Shown here one piece after another: positions 13,793 through 29,150 of a stretch of DNA of 64,000 bases. Where the stretch lies: positions 44,160,001 to 44,224,000 of the forward strand of contig CP068257.2 in NCBI GenBank assembly GCA_009914755.4, in the 5' to 3' direction. Numbering within the stretch: position 1 is the stretch's first letter; each line of letters opens with the position of its first letter. This DNA comes from the human T2T-CHM13v2.0 reference genome, Homo sapiens. The notes below the pieces were generated by a model, which saw nothing but the letters and a program-made list of their open reading frames with translations, had not been told where the DNA came from and did not search any database. A program made the position numbers and the translations under genes.

Positions 13793-13955
13793 TGACTGAC
13801 TTTCCTTCTGCTCCCAGCCCTGCATCCTCCTGGGAGATGGGGTGTTTGAGCATGGGGTTCCCGCCTCCTCCTCCAAGTGACTTTCCTTCTGCTCCCAGCC
13901 CTGCATCCTCCCAGGAGATGGGGTGCCTGAGCATGGGGTTCCCGCCTCCTCCAGG
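13793..13955. repeat. Tandem duplication, ~82-bp unit ×2
   Basis: 'tgactttccttctgctcccagccctgcatcctcc(t/c)(g/a)ggagatggggtg(tt/cc)tgagcatggggttcccgcctcctcc' occurs twice back to back. The track ORF 13774..14085 shows the duplicated peptide DFPSAPSPASS.EMGCLSMGFPPPP. Confidence 0.85.
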
Positions 13956-14535
13956 ACTTGTTGCCCGTTCTGCGTGGCCACCCGTTCTTGCCAGCATGCC
14001 CACTCGCTCTGACCTTGGAACGTGCTCTGCTATGGCCACTCTCCAACTCTGGCAATGGCACCAGCCATCATTCTATCACCTGTGACTTCCCCACTCACCC
14101 GTCCTGTCGTGCCACCTGCAGCACCCACAGCCTGGCTCTCACTGCCACTGCGTCCTGTGGGAGAAGGTCACATCCACTTCCCTGTGTGGATGGGGGTGTC
14201 ATGAGGACCCTGGAGTGTTCTGATGGCCAGCCTTGTGGGGACCCTGGCTGCTAGCCTTGCCTTAGCTGCTCCTCTGTCCCCACTCACAGCCCCGGTGGCC
14301 AGTCTGTCTGAGTCCTGCCCTTGTCTACCCACCTCCTACAAGACAGCCAGTGTCTGGGCTGGCCCCTCCCTGCTGGCTGCAGGGCCCCTGGGTGCACAAG
14401 GAGCTGCAGAGGAGCAGATGGCGGCAGCTGAGGCAGCCACAGGGACAGGGCCACAGACACACTCAGGTTCCATGGCCTTGGTACATTTGCTCTTCTTGAC
14501 ATGGGTTTCAGAGAGGGGCCACCATGCCATGCCCA

Positions 14536-14615
14536 CAGCGTCTGGCCAGGTGCTGGTCACTGACCCATCTTCACAGCATCTGGCCAGGTGCTGGTCACTG
14601 ACCCGCCTTCACAGC
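14536..14615. repeat. Tandem duplication, ~40-bp unit ×2
   Basis: 'cagc(g/a)tctggccaggtgctggtcactgaccc(at/gc)cttcacagc' occurs twice consecutively. Confidence 0.8.
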
Positions 14616-15395
14616 CGCACTTGTGACATACCTGATTCAGTAGATCCTCCTGGATGCACTCTGCTTATATGCCTTTTGCTCATTTTCTGCCTTTAGCTGC
14701 AGTATTCTTTGGAAGGAATTCTGGGCAGTATGTGCTGTTCAGATCCTGTCACTGCATTTGCTAATTTGTTGCATTAGCAAGTATTTGGCTTGTGCATGCA
14801 AGACAAGGTTAAATAATCCAGTGTGGAAATAGAAAAACAGTATGTGGAGATCCAAACCCATATAATTACTCCCCATGATCTACTCAGTTTAATCAGATTC
14901 TGCAGGTTAATCATGTTTGTGATCTCATGGTGCACATCCCTCCCGAACATCTCAGCGTCATCAGTGGAGCCGCTCGGTTGTCCTGTGACACTGACTGTCC
15001 CTCTGTGGCTCTCGGGGTCTCCCCTCCTCTTCCTTGAGGGCATCGTCATGATTCAGCAGTGACTTCTGGGCTGGGTGGTTAGCGGGGCTCCCTCCTTTAC
15101 CCTCAGACCCCTTGGATGCCATCCTGGGCAGAGGCCTTGGCCCAGTGCAAGCTCTTTCTGCCCACATTCTCCTGGTAGCGGCTCTGCAGCTGGGCGCTGT
15201 TTCTGCCCTGTCATGCAAGTGGGCTGGGTGCAGAGGCTCACAGCTGGGTGCTGGGGCTGGGGGTGAGCTAGCTGTCCGGCCCCTGCGTCAGCACCACCCC
15301 TTGCTGTGTTCCTGAAGCGTCCTGTCTTCCATGGTCAGGATGCTCTTTCAAGACAGCCCTGATGGCATCACCTCCCTTCACTCGCCTCTTCTTAG

Positions 15396-15440
15396 CTTGT
15401 TCATTAAAAACAATTGTACTTACTGAGTGCCTACGTTGTC
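15396..15440 (-). mobile_element. Possible MIR-family SINE fragment
   Basis: 'tacttactgagtgcctacgttgtcctgtgcccgggctg' resembles the MIR core region 'cttactgagcgcttactatgtgccaggcactg'. The match is short and degraded. Confidence 0.3.
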
Positions 15441-16357
15441 CTGTGCCCGGGCTGCCCAAGGTGGTGTGAGTGTCAGGGCACGTGGCCCAGAGGGCTCTGC
15501 AGAGACGGCTCTGAGAGCAAAAGTGAGCCATGCTGGAGAAGGGACAGGAGCCCCTGGGAGACGTAAGAGATGGGGACAGGCTGACGGAGGAGGAGGACCG
15601 GGCTGGGGGAGGATGGTGGGGCTCTAAGCAGGGCAGGAGGTCAGATTGTGTGTTTGGGATGTTCCTCTCCTTCATGGGGAGGAGAGGCCCTGAGGGAGGC
15701 AGGAGCAGGAGGGGCATCGTGTCCCCAAGGACCCCAGGCAGGGCCTCCAGGGCTGGTGCTGGGAGGAGGCAGGGATGGGAAGGGTCCCCGAGGGCCCTGA
15801 GCAGGGCTAACCCTAGGGAAACCACACACAGGCCACGGAGGGAAAAGCTTTTAACCCTTGTCGTGTATAAACGACTCACTAGGTCTTGGTGCATTTTTCA
15901 TTGATACTCATATATTTACTGTTGAATCTCTTTGAGTTCTTTTTAATGATTTTTCTTGTTTTCAATAAAAAATAACATTTCCCGTCTGCATTGTACAGTC
16001 ATAATTTGAAAACAAAAATTGTTTTGTTGTGCAAACACTTGTTCTGATTCTTTATCTATTCGTTGGAAGTCAGTCACAAAGCAACTTGAGAAAACAGCCT
16101 GTCTCTGCCTCCAGCCTGGTGTGCCTGCAGCTGTGTGGGTGCGTCCCCTCCTCACTTTCTCAGCAGAGGCAGAGGCTACAGTCTGAGTGGCAGAGCCCAC
16201 CTTTCTGCTGGGGGTAGTGGCCACGCAAGGGTATTGGTGTGTTTTTTGCACATGCAGCTGGCCATGCTTTAAAATAAGCAGATTGACCTTTGTTTACCTT
16301 TCACCCCCAGAATGGTTTGGTCAATGACAGCAGCCATTTTTATTGTTTTTATTGTTT

Positions 16358-16490
16358 CTTTTCTGTGGTGGTGAAGGTGGCATCCCCTCCTAGCAGCTGC
16401 ACACTGGGGTGGTCCTGAGGAAAGGAGGGCGAGAGCAGAGCTTGGGGGCGGGCCATGAGGGGAAGTCCAGGCCTCTCCACCCAAGGATGA
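16358..16490 (+). repeat. Copy 1 of a ~130-bp low-copy module (partner at 18718-18935)
   Basis: 'ttctgtggtggtgaaggtggcatcccctcctagcagctgcacactggggtggtcctgaggaaaggagggcgagagcagagcttgggggcgggccatgaggggaagtccaggcctctccacccaagga' recurs 2.3 kb downstream. The track ORFs 16269..16502 and 18577..18924 share 'SSALALLSSGP'. Confidence 0.85.
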
Positions 16491-18717
16491 CCCTTTCTCC
16501 AAGAATCCTGCAGTCTGTTGTTAGGTCGGGAAAAAGCCGTGGTGGTTTTATACTGCCAGTGCCGGGAGCTTTCCCATGAAGTTTAAATGCAAACAGGACA
16601 CTGAGGGCAGGAAGGTGTGCTGAGCTGCCCTGCACAGTGCTTGGCTCTGATGCCCACCCCAGGGTCCCTGGGCACTGCCAAGCTGGGCATGAACCTGGGG
16701 TAACCCAGAGGAACCTGGAGCAGTATGGGCTCCAAGAGGCCCCTGAGCTTCTCCAGGACCCAGATGGTGACAGCCTGGAACATGGCTTCCCCGTGGCCTC
16801 GCTGCCATAGTCAGGCCTCGGGAGGTGACCCTGTGCCAGGGCACCGGATGGCCCAGGTCCTGCTGGGGTGGGCTGCTGAGTCCCTTCCCATGAATGTTGT
16901 TACTGTGCTGTATCTCACTTGTGCCCTCGCTGAGACGAAGGACGCCTAGACCTTAGTGCAGGTGCCTTGGGGGCGTCCTGGCACTGAACATCCTTGAGAC
17001 ATCTGTGGTGCTTCTCTTCCTCATCTGTGGTGTTGTGGGCCTCCAGGGGAGGTGGCTGTCTGCCTGGAACAGGAGGCCCAGCCCACAGGTGCCCACTGCC
17101 TGCTGCCGCGCCTCCCTCTCTGCTGCCCGCGTGGCTGTAGTGTTTTTTACCCCATTGCTGTTTCGCTTGGCACCTACACGTTGGTTCCCTCCTGTGCACC
17201 GGGCTTTGTGCTGCAGGCTCTGGCGTGTTCACAGTACTCCTTTGGAGGGATTCTGTTTTTAGAATTAGTGGTACAATATCTTGTCATCTTGGTAACTTAT
17301 TATTAATAAAAATGGTATAAAATGTTTTGCCTCCTAGTGCCCACACCATCCATGTAGATTATATTGATTTACTCCAGCTATTTGAAAGGCTTTGAGGTGG
17401 TGTACAATATCAAACCATGTGAAACAGCACGATTAACTGGCAAAACCGAAAGCCATGGAAATGAGCCGGGGAGCTTACTGAAGATCCTAGTCTTGGGGGA
17501 GATGTTTGGTGAAAATGTGTGCATTTGCTTATGAAAGACTTGTATTTATTCTGCACCCCCCTGACCCTGAGTGTCCCTTGGTCCATTGCCTGGGCTCTGT
17601 TGTCCTTACCAGGACTGCTGCTTCCCCAGTCCCTGCTGTCCTGCTGATGTGTCCACGCACCAGGCATTCGGCTCCTGAAATCACAGTGACTTTCAGGAGT
17701 CACTTGGGTTGCAGTGTTGGCCAGTTTTAGCCACATGAAGATAGTTTCTGAAACCTCCTGTGTGTGAATGACGGTTTTCACCTTGGGCCTGTCCTTCTGC
17801 TGCCACCACAAGCAGGAGGGGTGGGAAGGAAGGATTGCCCCCGAGAGAGGCAGCACAGGAAGGCCAGGCCGTGTTCCTGGGAGTCAGGCTTACCAGCTCA
17901 GAGCTGGGCATGGTTGAAATTCTAACCCTGCCGTGGCAGGCCCTGTGCTTTTGTGAAATGGGCCTCACGGGAGGGTGTCAGTGACGTAGATAAAGGCTTC
18001 CCACTGCCTGGATGCTGTGACCGCCTGATCCCGTGGTGATGGCACAGCCCTGCTGTGGGGAGAGCCGTGCAGCCCCAGGCCGTGTGTGGGAAGGCCTGTG
18101 CCACTCTGGGCATCGTCATCTTGGGCCATGGCTACCACATATGGCGCTTCCTAGCCGGGCACTATGCCACAGCCACACCCCTGTGGCCTGGCCCCCATGG
18201 CAGGGTCTAAGGCTGTTCCCCGGAAGCCTACCTTCTATAGGAAGAGGCATTCTTGTGTGACTCTCTGGTCATTTGCTTGGGGGAGCTGAAAACCCCCCAG
18301 GTGGTGTCTGGGGGGGAAAGTAATTGGAAGATTATGGGTGGGTGTGACTGGTAACAAGCAGGGGTTTGGCACCCCCCTTGCCCACCTGCCCTGTGTGCTG
18401 GGCCGTGCGGAGGTGGCCATGGGCAGCCCTTCCTTCTGGAGCCCCCTGTCTTCCCTTATCCACTGCCTCAAGGTTCCCACCAGCAGAGTGGGGCCACCTG
18501 GGTTGGTGCCAACGAGGTGCTCAGAGGCCTTGTGGGCAGTGTGGCAGAACGGCACATACAGGTGCCTAAAATCGAGCTAGGGGACCTTGAAGATAATGCT
18601 TCCTGTCTGCTTTTGTGTCAACAGTTGGGGCAAGCACATTTTCACAGGGAGGGTGTGACTGGAAGGACCAGCCGTTGCTGCTGGCAGCTCATCCCTGCAC
18701 CTGAGCTTGCAGGCATG

Positions 18718-18935
18718 CTCCTGTCTTTCTGTGGTGGTAAAGGTGACATCCCCTCCTAGCAGCTGCACACTGGAGTGGTCCTGAGGAAAGCGCGCTCCTG
18801 TCTTTCTGTGGCAGCGAAAGTGGCATTCCCTCCTAGCACCTGCACACTCGGATGGTCCTGAGGAAAGGAGGGCGAGAGCAGAGCTGGGGGGGCGGGCCAT
18901 GAGGGGAAGTCCAGGCCTCTCCACCCAGGAGTCTG
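18718..18935 (+). repeat. Copy 2 of the module, here with its first ~70 bp tandemly doubled
   Basis: 'ctcctgtctttctgtgg(tggt/cagc)(a/g)aaggtg(a/g)cat(c/t)ccctcctagca(g/c)ctgcacact(gga/cgga)tggtcctgaggaaag' appears twice. It is followed by '…gagggcgagagcagagctgggggggcgggccatgaggggaagtccaggcctctccacccagga', which matches 16420-16490. Confidence 0.85.
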
Positions 18936-20042
18936 TGAGGTTCCCATTGCATGAGAAGATGGAGGAGCCTCCTTGTGCTGCTGTGTCTCAGCATTAGAGA
19001 GGGCGGTCCACACGAATGTCATGTTGGGATGTTTTTTCTTCAGCTTCTGAGTCATTGCTGCCTCCAGGGTTATCACTGGGCAGAGAGCAGGTGTGATGTG
19101 TCTGAGGACCAGCAGCTCTGCACAGAGTGTGGAAGACCCCAGCAAAGCCACCCGGCTGCAGAATCGCAGAATCACCCTCGTGGCAGGCTTGGTGCGGACA
19201 AGTGGCTGTACTCCCGTGCTGGATGGAACGGCGGCCTTTCCGCCCTTTGGCCAAGTGCATGCAGAGACTCGAGCAGGGTGGGAGCTGAGGGCTGCTGCCA
19301 GCTACCCCTCACTGCACAGAAAGGGAAGTGGAGGTGAGGCCAGGAGATGTGTTCTTCCTGGAGTACAGGGCCAAGTCCTCCTTTCTTCTCAGATCCACTG
19401 GCACATAACCGCACCCTGGCTCAATGTGGCCCTGGATGCCTTCAGAACAATATGGCCAATGCAGTCCTCCTACTTTTCTCTGTCCCCTTTTCTTATCTCG
19501 TATTTTTACTCTAGAATTATGCTGGGAAAATAAGGCTTGAAGTTCTCTCATTTGTGTAGCACTTTGCAAATTACAGAGTACTTTTCACAACCTTGAAAGG
19601 TGGGTATTTCATCGTTCTTTTTTAGAATGAGGAGCTGAGTCATGGGGACCAGCCAGGGCCTCTCTAGTGAAGAGTCCTCCACAAAGCAGACCCCAAAGGG
19701 CCAGGGACCCAGGCCGCAGAGTCCCCACACCCCACGGAACATCTCTTTGGGGCCAAGGAGCAGCCTGCATTCAGAATTCCACTTCTGGTCCCCTCACCCA
19801 GAGCACTGAGGCACTGGGCTCTGCCCTCTCCAGATGCCGGCCTCCCTGCCTTGCTCTTGTTCTTTCTCATCAGATGCTCCGAGCTCCTTGTCATTGGCTC
19901 CTGTATGCAGCACTCACTCTCTGTGGACACTGCACACTCCAGGATTTAGAAAAACCCTTGTGGCTTTTCATGAATTTTATATTTGTGTTGCATTGCCCAT
20001 TTTCCTTTCAAGAAAGTCAGCTTTAAAACAAAACTGATTTCT

Positions 20043-22183
<2,141 letters not shown>

Positions 22184-23201
22184 GTGATTTCTAAGAGCGC
22201 TTTTCATTTGTGACTTTCTGCCTGTATCATTTCACAATTATATAAATATTGGACGACTTATTGTAGTAATTATCTTTCTGCATTTCCATCTCTATCTAGA
22301 ATTTATTTCGATGACTCTATACATCAGGGTTCAGTTAGGAAAACCATTTCCACTCCACGCATTTAAAGAGAGCATGTTGAGTACAGAGAGTTGATTAGAA
22401 AGGTGATGTAGGGCTGAGGAGTACGGGAGATAAAGAGGGGGTGTGCGAGCAAGAGGAGGAAGGGGCTCACTGGGGCTGGAGTTGCTGGTGGTTCTGGGCT
22501 GGGGCCTGTCAGCCTGGGCCGGCTGCTGCGTGGGGAGCACAATTGTGCTCGGCTCTGGATCCACGTGGAGGAGCTGATCTGAGCAGGGCTTGACTCTCCT
22601 AAAAGGAGCTGCCCCGCTTCCCCCCTGCCACTGCCACTACAGCAGCTGCTAAGTGCGGCAGATGCCAGCAGCTGCTATGCTGCGATCCGGGTCGGGGGAA
22701 GGCCCTCTGTCCTGCTGCCTCTTCCCTGCATCATCTCCCATCAGAGACCCTCACAGGAAGCCAACTGATGAGGTTTGGGGGGCAGAATTCTAGGGGGTCC
22801 TAAGGCTTCTGCTCTCTGGTGTACAAGCCTTGCATACACACATCCTCTTGAGAGTGAGTGGGACCTGCTGGTAAGGTGGGACATCACCCCTGTGATTATG
22901 CCATGTTACTTGGCCAAGGGGTTTTGCAGATGGTATCAGGGTTTCTAACTAGTTGACTCTGAAGGATCAAGCACATCAATAATCAGGGTGATGTCACTGG
23001 AAAGCAAATTTTAGCCTAATAGAAAAAAGATTTATTGTGAAGTTTTATGCACAGTATTGAATTTTGTCAAATGCATTTTTCTGCATCTATTGAAATAATA
23101 ATTTACTGCCTTATCATGTTAATATGGTAAATTACATATTGCCAGATTTTGCAATATATAACCAATTTTGCATTCCTGGTGTAAACCCTACTTGGTCGTG
23201 A

Positions 23202-23566
<365 letters not shown>

Positions 23567-24179
23567 AATTTTTGGACTTTTTTCACTAATATTTTGGTAA
23601 TGATTTTTTATAGCTATGGTCATGAGAGACACTTTCATTTTTCTCATCTCTGTGTCAGATTTTAAAACCAGAGTTATGCTTGGTTTACGCACTGACTTTG
23701 GAATTATTCCCTCTTCCCTGTTTTCTGAAAGGGTTTGTGTAAGATTGGTGTTGTTATGTCTCTATGTGTTTGACAGAATTTGCCGGTGCCTTGAGTCTTC
23801 TTGTCGGGAAGGTATTTGACAACAACTTTCATTTTTTAGTTTCTATAGAGATATTCAAATTTCCTTTTACAGTTTGTATCAATTTTGGAAGTTGTAGTTT
23901 TAAAATGGCCCCACTTCATCTAAACTGATACATATGTTGTTGTGAAGTTGGTCATCATAATAATCTCACATTATCATTTTAATATCTACCGGATCAGTAC
24001 TGACAACTTGTCTTTCATATCTTTTGTGATTTTTGTTTTCTTTTTCTCTTGGTCTAGGTGTTTTTCCATTTTTTTGTATTTTTATATTAACCTTCTTTTC
24101 TTTATTTTGTTTACTGTTTGTTCGCTGTGCTTTCATCAGTCTCCATTCCTATTTGTTATTTCCTGCTGCATTTGCTACA

Positions 24180-24600
24180 TGTGGCCACCTTCCAACATCA
24201 CCACAGACTCCATGGCTTACAGCACAAGCTCATCACCTTTCAGTTCTGCTGATGAGAGCCCCGACAGCAGGAGGCCCCACTGGGCTCTCCGCAGCAGTGC
24301 TGCATCCCTTCTGGAGGCTCACGGGGAGGACTCACCTCCTTGCCTCTTCCAGATTCTAGAAGTGCTCCCGTTCATCTGCTCCTGAGTCCTCCTCCACCTG
24401 CTGTGTCAGCCACAGGACCCAGTTTGGAAAGATTCTCCACTTTTAAGAACTCAAGTGATTAGAGTGGCCCCACCTGGATAATCCAGGATAATCTCGCCAT
24501 TGCAAGGCCTGTGACCTTCATCACATCTGCACAGTCCCTTTGCCACAGAAACAGCAAACACATTTAGGACTGTTACATCTTCTTGATAAACTGACCCTTT
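24180..24600. mobile_element. Degraded LTR-like interspersed repeat, possibly MaLR/MLT-type
   Basis: It contains the motif 'gtggccccacctggataatccaggataatctc…tcacatctgcacagtccctttgccacag', which I recognise from MaLR-type LTR consensus sequences. The assignment is from memory only. Confidence 0.35.
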
Positions 24601-25390
24601 TTTATTGTGAAACATTTCCCTTTCTACCTGCTAATATTCATTGTCCTTACACCAGCTTTGTCTGGTATTGAGACATGTTGGCTTGCTAGGATCAGTATTT
24701 GCATGCCATATTTTTTCTCATTGTTTTACTTTTAACTGTCTGTGCCTTTGTATTTAAAGTGTTTCTCTAAAAGTAGCACGTGCTTTGAGTCGTGCTTTTG
24801 TTATCTTGTCTGGCAGTACATTTTTAACTGGAGTGTTAAATCTGTTTACACCTATTGTAATAACTGATTTGGTTGAGTTTATTCTTCCTTCTTCTTATAT
24901 GTTTTTTAATTGTCCCTCTCTTCTTTTATAGCTTTTCCTTTTCCTGCCTTAATATTTATCAGTTATTCCTTAGAATTTCATTTTATTTCCTCTTTATCTT
25001 TTAGCTCTGCTTTGTATTTTTGTTGTTTTAAAAATTTTAATATACAATTTTATCATTGTTCACTCAAACTTATATTACACCTTTTCACATTTACTATGAG
25101 GACCTTACAACAATATACTTCCATTTAACTGCTCCTTTTTGGGGAGGTCGTGTTGCCATATAATTAACTTCTGCACATGCTATCATAAGCCAGAAGGTAT
25201 CTGGTACAGGTCTCAGTCAATTTAGAGGTTTATTTTGCTAAGGTTAAAGACCATGGGCTATGACACAGCCTCGAGAGGTCCTGAGAACATGTGCCCAAAG
25301 TGTGGGTTTTATACTGTTTTCTGTTTTTGACACTCTGTACTCTTTCTCACGGATCTGAGTTTCCATCTGGCATCATTTTCTTCAGTCTGA

Positions 25391-25692
<302 letters not shown>

Positions 25693-26318
25693 TGTGAACA
25701 TTTTTTGTAGTGCAGTTCTGCTAGGTATGAATTCTCTCCATTTTTATTGATTGATAATTTTGATGATGTCTTTATTTTGCCTTCATTTTGAAATTCTCTC
25801 TAAAATTTTAGGTTAGAGGTTTTGGGATTTTTTGCCCATATGTAATATGTCATTCCTTTGCCTCTGGCTTCCACTGTTTTTGATGAGAGGTCATTCCTTA
25901 CCCTGTTCATTCTCTTTGTGCAATGTATTTTTTTCCTATTGCTTTGAAAATTTTCTCTGTCTCTGATTTTCAGCAGTTTGACTAGAATGTGTGTGTATAT
26001 GGTTTTCTTCTCTTCTGTTTTTTTATGGGAGTTTGTTGAGCATCTTTATATGTGTGATTGACACTAGCCATCAAATTTAGAAAATGGTTAGCCATCATAT
26101 TTAACTTTTTCCCATTTCAGTCTTTCTTCTCTTCTGGGACTCCAGTTAAACATATTTTAGACCACTCACTATTGTCACGCAGGTCTCTCAGGTTCTGTTG
26201 TTTTATTTTTAAGCTTTTTTTTATCTATCTGTGCGTAGTTTGAATAGCGTCTGTTGATCTGTAGTTCCCTGGTTGCTTTGTATGCAGTATGTGTTCTGCT
26301 GCTAAGTCCATCCAGTGA

Positions 26319-26770
<452 letters not shown>

Positions 26771-26920
26771 TAATAGCTCCTTTAAAAGTACCTGCCCAAT
26801 AACCCCAATGTGTCTGCCATCTCTTTATTTTTATGGACTAAATTTGTTTTCTGATATTGGACCATGTTTTTCTGCATCTACATATGTGCAGTATTTTTTG
26901 TTTGTATGATGTTCGTTGGA

Positions 26921-27205
26921 TAGTCGTGCATCGCTTAATGACAGGGACACATGCTGAGAAATGTGTTGTTAGGCAATTTCCTCCCTGTGTGAACATCATG
27001 GTGTGGACTTACACAAACCTAGCTGGTGCAGCCCACTACACACCTAGGCTGTATGGTACAGCCTATTGGTCTTAGGCTACAAAGCTGTGTAGTGCATGAC
27101 TGTGCTGAATACTGTACGCAGTTGTGACACAGTGGCAATTGTGTGTTTAAACACTTCGAAACATAGAAAAGGTGAAGTAAAAATACAGTATAAAACATAA
27201 AGAAT
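26921..27205 (+). mobile_element. Non-autonomous DNA-transposon fragment (TcMar/Tigger-like MITE; family not assigned) with one terminal inverted repeat end present
   Basis: 'agtcgtgcatcgcttaatgacagggacacatgctgagaaatgtgttgttaggcaatttcc…cttacacaaacctagctggtgcagcccactacacacctaggctgtatggtacagcctattggtcttaggctacaaagctgtg…aaacatagaaaaggtgaagtaaaaatacagtat' matches a common human DNA-transposon consensus that I recall as 'cagtcatgcgtcgcttaacgacgg…gttctgagaaatgcgtcgttaggc…cacaaacctagatggtatagcctact…'. Confidence 0.65.
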
Positions 27206-27225
27206 GGCACACCTGGGTAGGGCAT

Positions 27226-28790
27226 TTATGAATGGAGCTGGCAGGACTGGAGGTTGCTCTGGGTGAGTGAGTGGTGGGTGAGTGGTGAGTGAGCTAGTGA
27301 GTGGTGAGTGGTGAGTGAGCTGGTGAGTGGTGAGCTAGTGAGTGGTGAGTGAGTGGTGAATAGTGAGTAGTGAGTGGTGGGTGAGTGGTGAGTGATGAGT
27401 GGTAAGTGGTGAGTGAGTGGTGAGTGGTGACTGAGTGATGAGTGGTGAGTGGTGAGTGGTGAGTGATGAGTGGTGAGTGAGTGATGAGTGGTGAGTGAGT
27501 GGTGAGTGATGAGTGATGAGTGGTGAGTGGTGAGTGATGAGTGGTGAGTGAGTGATGAGTGGTGAGTGGTGAGTGATGAGTGGTGAGTGGTGAGTGAGTG
27601 GTGAGTGGTGAGTGATGAGTGGTGAGTGAGTGGTGAGTGATGAGTGGTGAGTGATGAGTGAGTGGTGAGTGGTGAGTGAGTGGTGAGTGATGAGTGAGTG
27701 GTGAGTGGTGAGTGGTGAGTGATGAGTGGTGAGTGAGTGGTGAGTGGTGAGTGAGTGGTGAGTGGTGAGTGAGTGGTGAGTGATGAGTGAGTGGTGAGTG
27801 ATGAGTGGTGACTGGTGAGTGAGTGGTGAGTGATGAGTGGTGAGTGAGTGGTGAGTGAGTGGTGAGTGATGAGTGAGTGGTGAGTAGTGAGTGATGAGTG
27901 GTGAGTGAGTGGTGAGTGGTGAGTGATGAGTGAGTGGTGAGTGAGTGGTGAGTGGTGAGTGAGTGGTGAGTGATGAGTGAGTGGTGAGTGAGTGATGAGT
28001 GGTGAGTGGTGAGTGGTGAGTGAGTGATGAGTGATGGGTGAGTGGTGAGTGATGAGTGAGTGGTGAGTGAGTGGTGAGTGGTGAGTGAGTGGTGAGTGAT
28101 GAGTGAGTGGTGAGTAGTGAGTGATGAGTGGTGAGTGGTGAGTGAGTGGTGAGTGGTGAGTGGTGAGTGAGTGGTGAGTGATGAGTGAGTGGTGAGTGAG
28201 TGGTGAGTGAGTGGTGAGTAGTGAGTGATGAGTGGTGAGTGGTGAGTGAGTGGTGAGTGGTGAGTGAGTGATGAGTGAGTGGTGAGTGATGAGTGGTGAG
28301 TGGTGAGTGATGAGTGAGTGGTGAGTGAGTGGTGAGTGGTGAGTGAGTGGTGAGTGATGAGTGAGTGGTGAGTGGTGAGTCAGTGGTGAGTGGTGAGTGA
28401 GTGATGAGTGATGGGTGAGTGGTGAGTGATGAGTGAGTGGTGAGTGAGTGGTGAGTGATGAGTGAGTGGTGAGTAGTGAGTGATGAGTGGTGAGTGGTGA
28501 GTGAGTGGTGAGTGGTGAGTGAGTGGTGAGTGGTGAGTGAGTGGTGAGTAGTGAGTGGTGAGTGGTGAGTGAGTGGTGAGTGGTGAGTGAGTGATGAGTG
28601 AGTGGTGAGTGATGAGTGGTGAGTGGTGAGTGAGTGGTGAGTGGTGAGTGAGTGGTGAGTGGTGAGTGAGTGGTGAGTGGTGAGTCAGTGGTGAGTGGTG
28701 AGTGGTGAGTGAGTGGTAAGTGGTGAGTGAGTGGTGAGTGGTGGGTGAGTGAGTGATGAGTGAATCTGAAGGCCAGGACATTACTGTGCA
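27226..28790. repeat. Minisatellite of (GTGAGTG[G/A]T)-type units, ~1.56 kb, with a GGTGAGT / GTGAGTGAT / GAGTGAGTG higher-order pattern
   Basis: Read directly: the array 'gagtggtgagtgagtgatgagtggtgagtggtgagtgatgagtg…' runs uninterrupted. The 526-aa track ORF 27226..28806 (…HHSPLTHHSLTTHSPL…) is its stop-free minus-strand translation. Confidence 0.95.
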
Positions 28791-29036
28791 CTGCTGTAGA
28801 CTTCATAAGTACTGTACACTTGGGATATGCTAAATTTATGATATAACAAAATTTATTTCTTCAATAATAAATTAACCTTAGCTTACTCTAACTTTTTTGC
28901 TTTATAAACCTTTAGATTTATTTTTTAACTTTTGACTCTTTTGTAATAACACTTAGCTTAAAACACAAACACATTGTATGCAGCTACGCCAAAATATTTT
29001 CTTTATGTTTTTATAAGAATTTTTCATGTTTAAGAT

Positions 29037-29150
29037 CCCCTTCCCCTTCCCCCTCCCCGTCCCCTGCCCCTCCCCTCCCTCTCCCTCCTCCCCTTCCCCC
29101 TCCCCTCCCCTCCCCTCCCCTCCCCTCCCCTCCCCTCCCCTCCCCTTTTG
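29037..29150. repeat. (CCCCT)n / (CCCCTCCCCT)n simple repeat; the opposite strand is (AGGGG)n
   Basis: 'ccccttccccctccccgtcccctgcccctcccctccctctccctcctccccttccccctcccctcccctcccctcccctcccctcccctcccctcccc'. A short (CA)7 follows at 29163-29176. Confidence 0.95.

Noticed and set aside
12872-19930. Numerous 100-230-aa ORFs in the GC-rich unique sequence (e.g. 13289..13981, 15268..15894, 12930..13451)
   Set aside because: High GC content suppresses stop codons and yields Pro/Ala/Arg/Gly-rich open frames on both strands that overlap each other extensively. No ORF shows recognisable domain similarity or a plausible exon boundary, and several overlap on opposite strands. Without conservation or expression evidence I cannot call any coding exon.
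27226-28806. 526-aa ORF (…HHSPLTHHSLTTHSPLT…) and the nested 133-aa ORF
   Set aside because: It is the stop-free translation of the ACTCACC/GTGAGTG minisatellite complement. It is purely periodic and not a gene.
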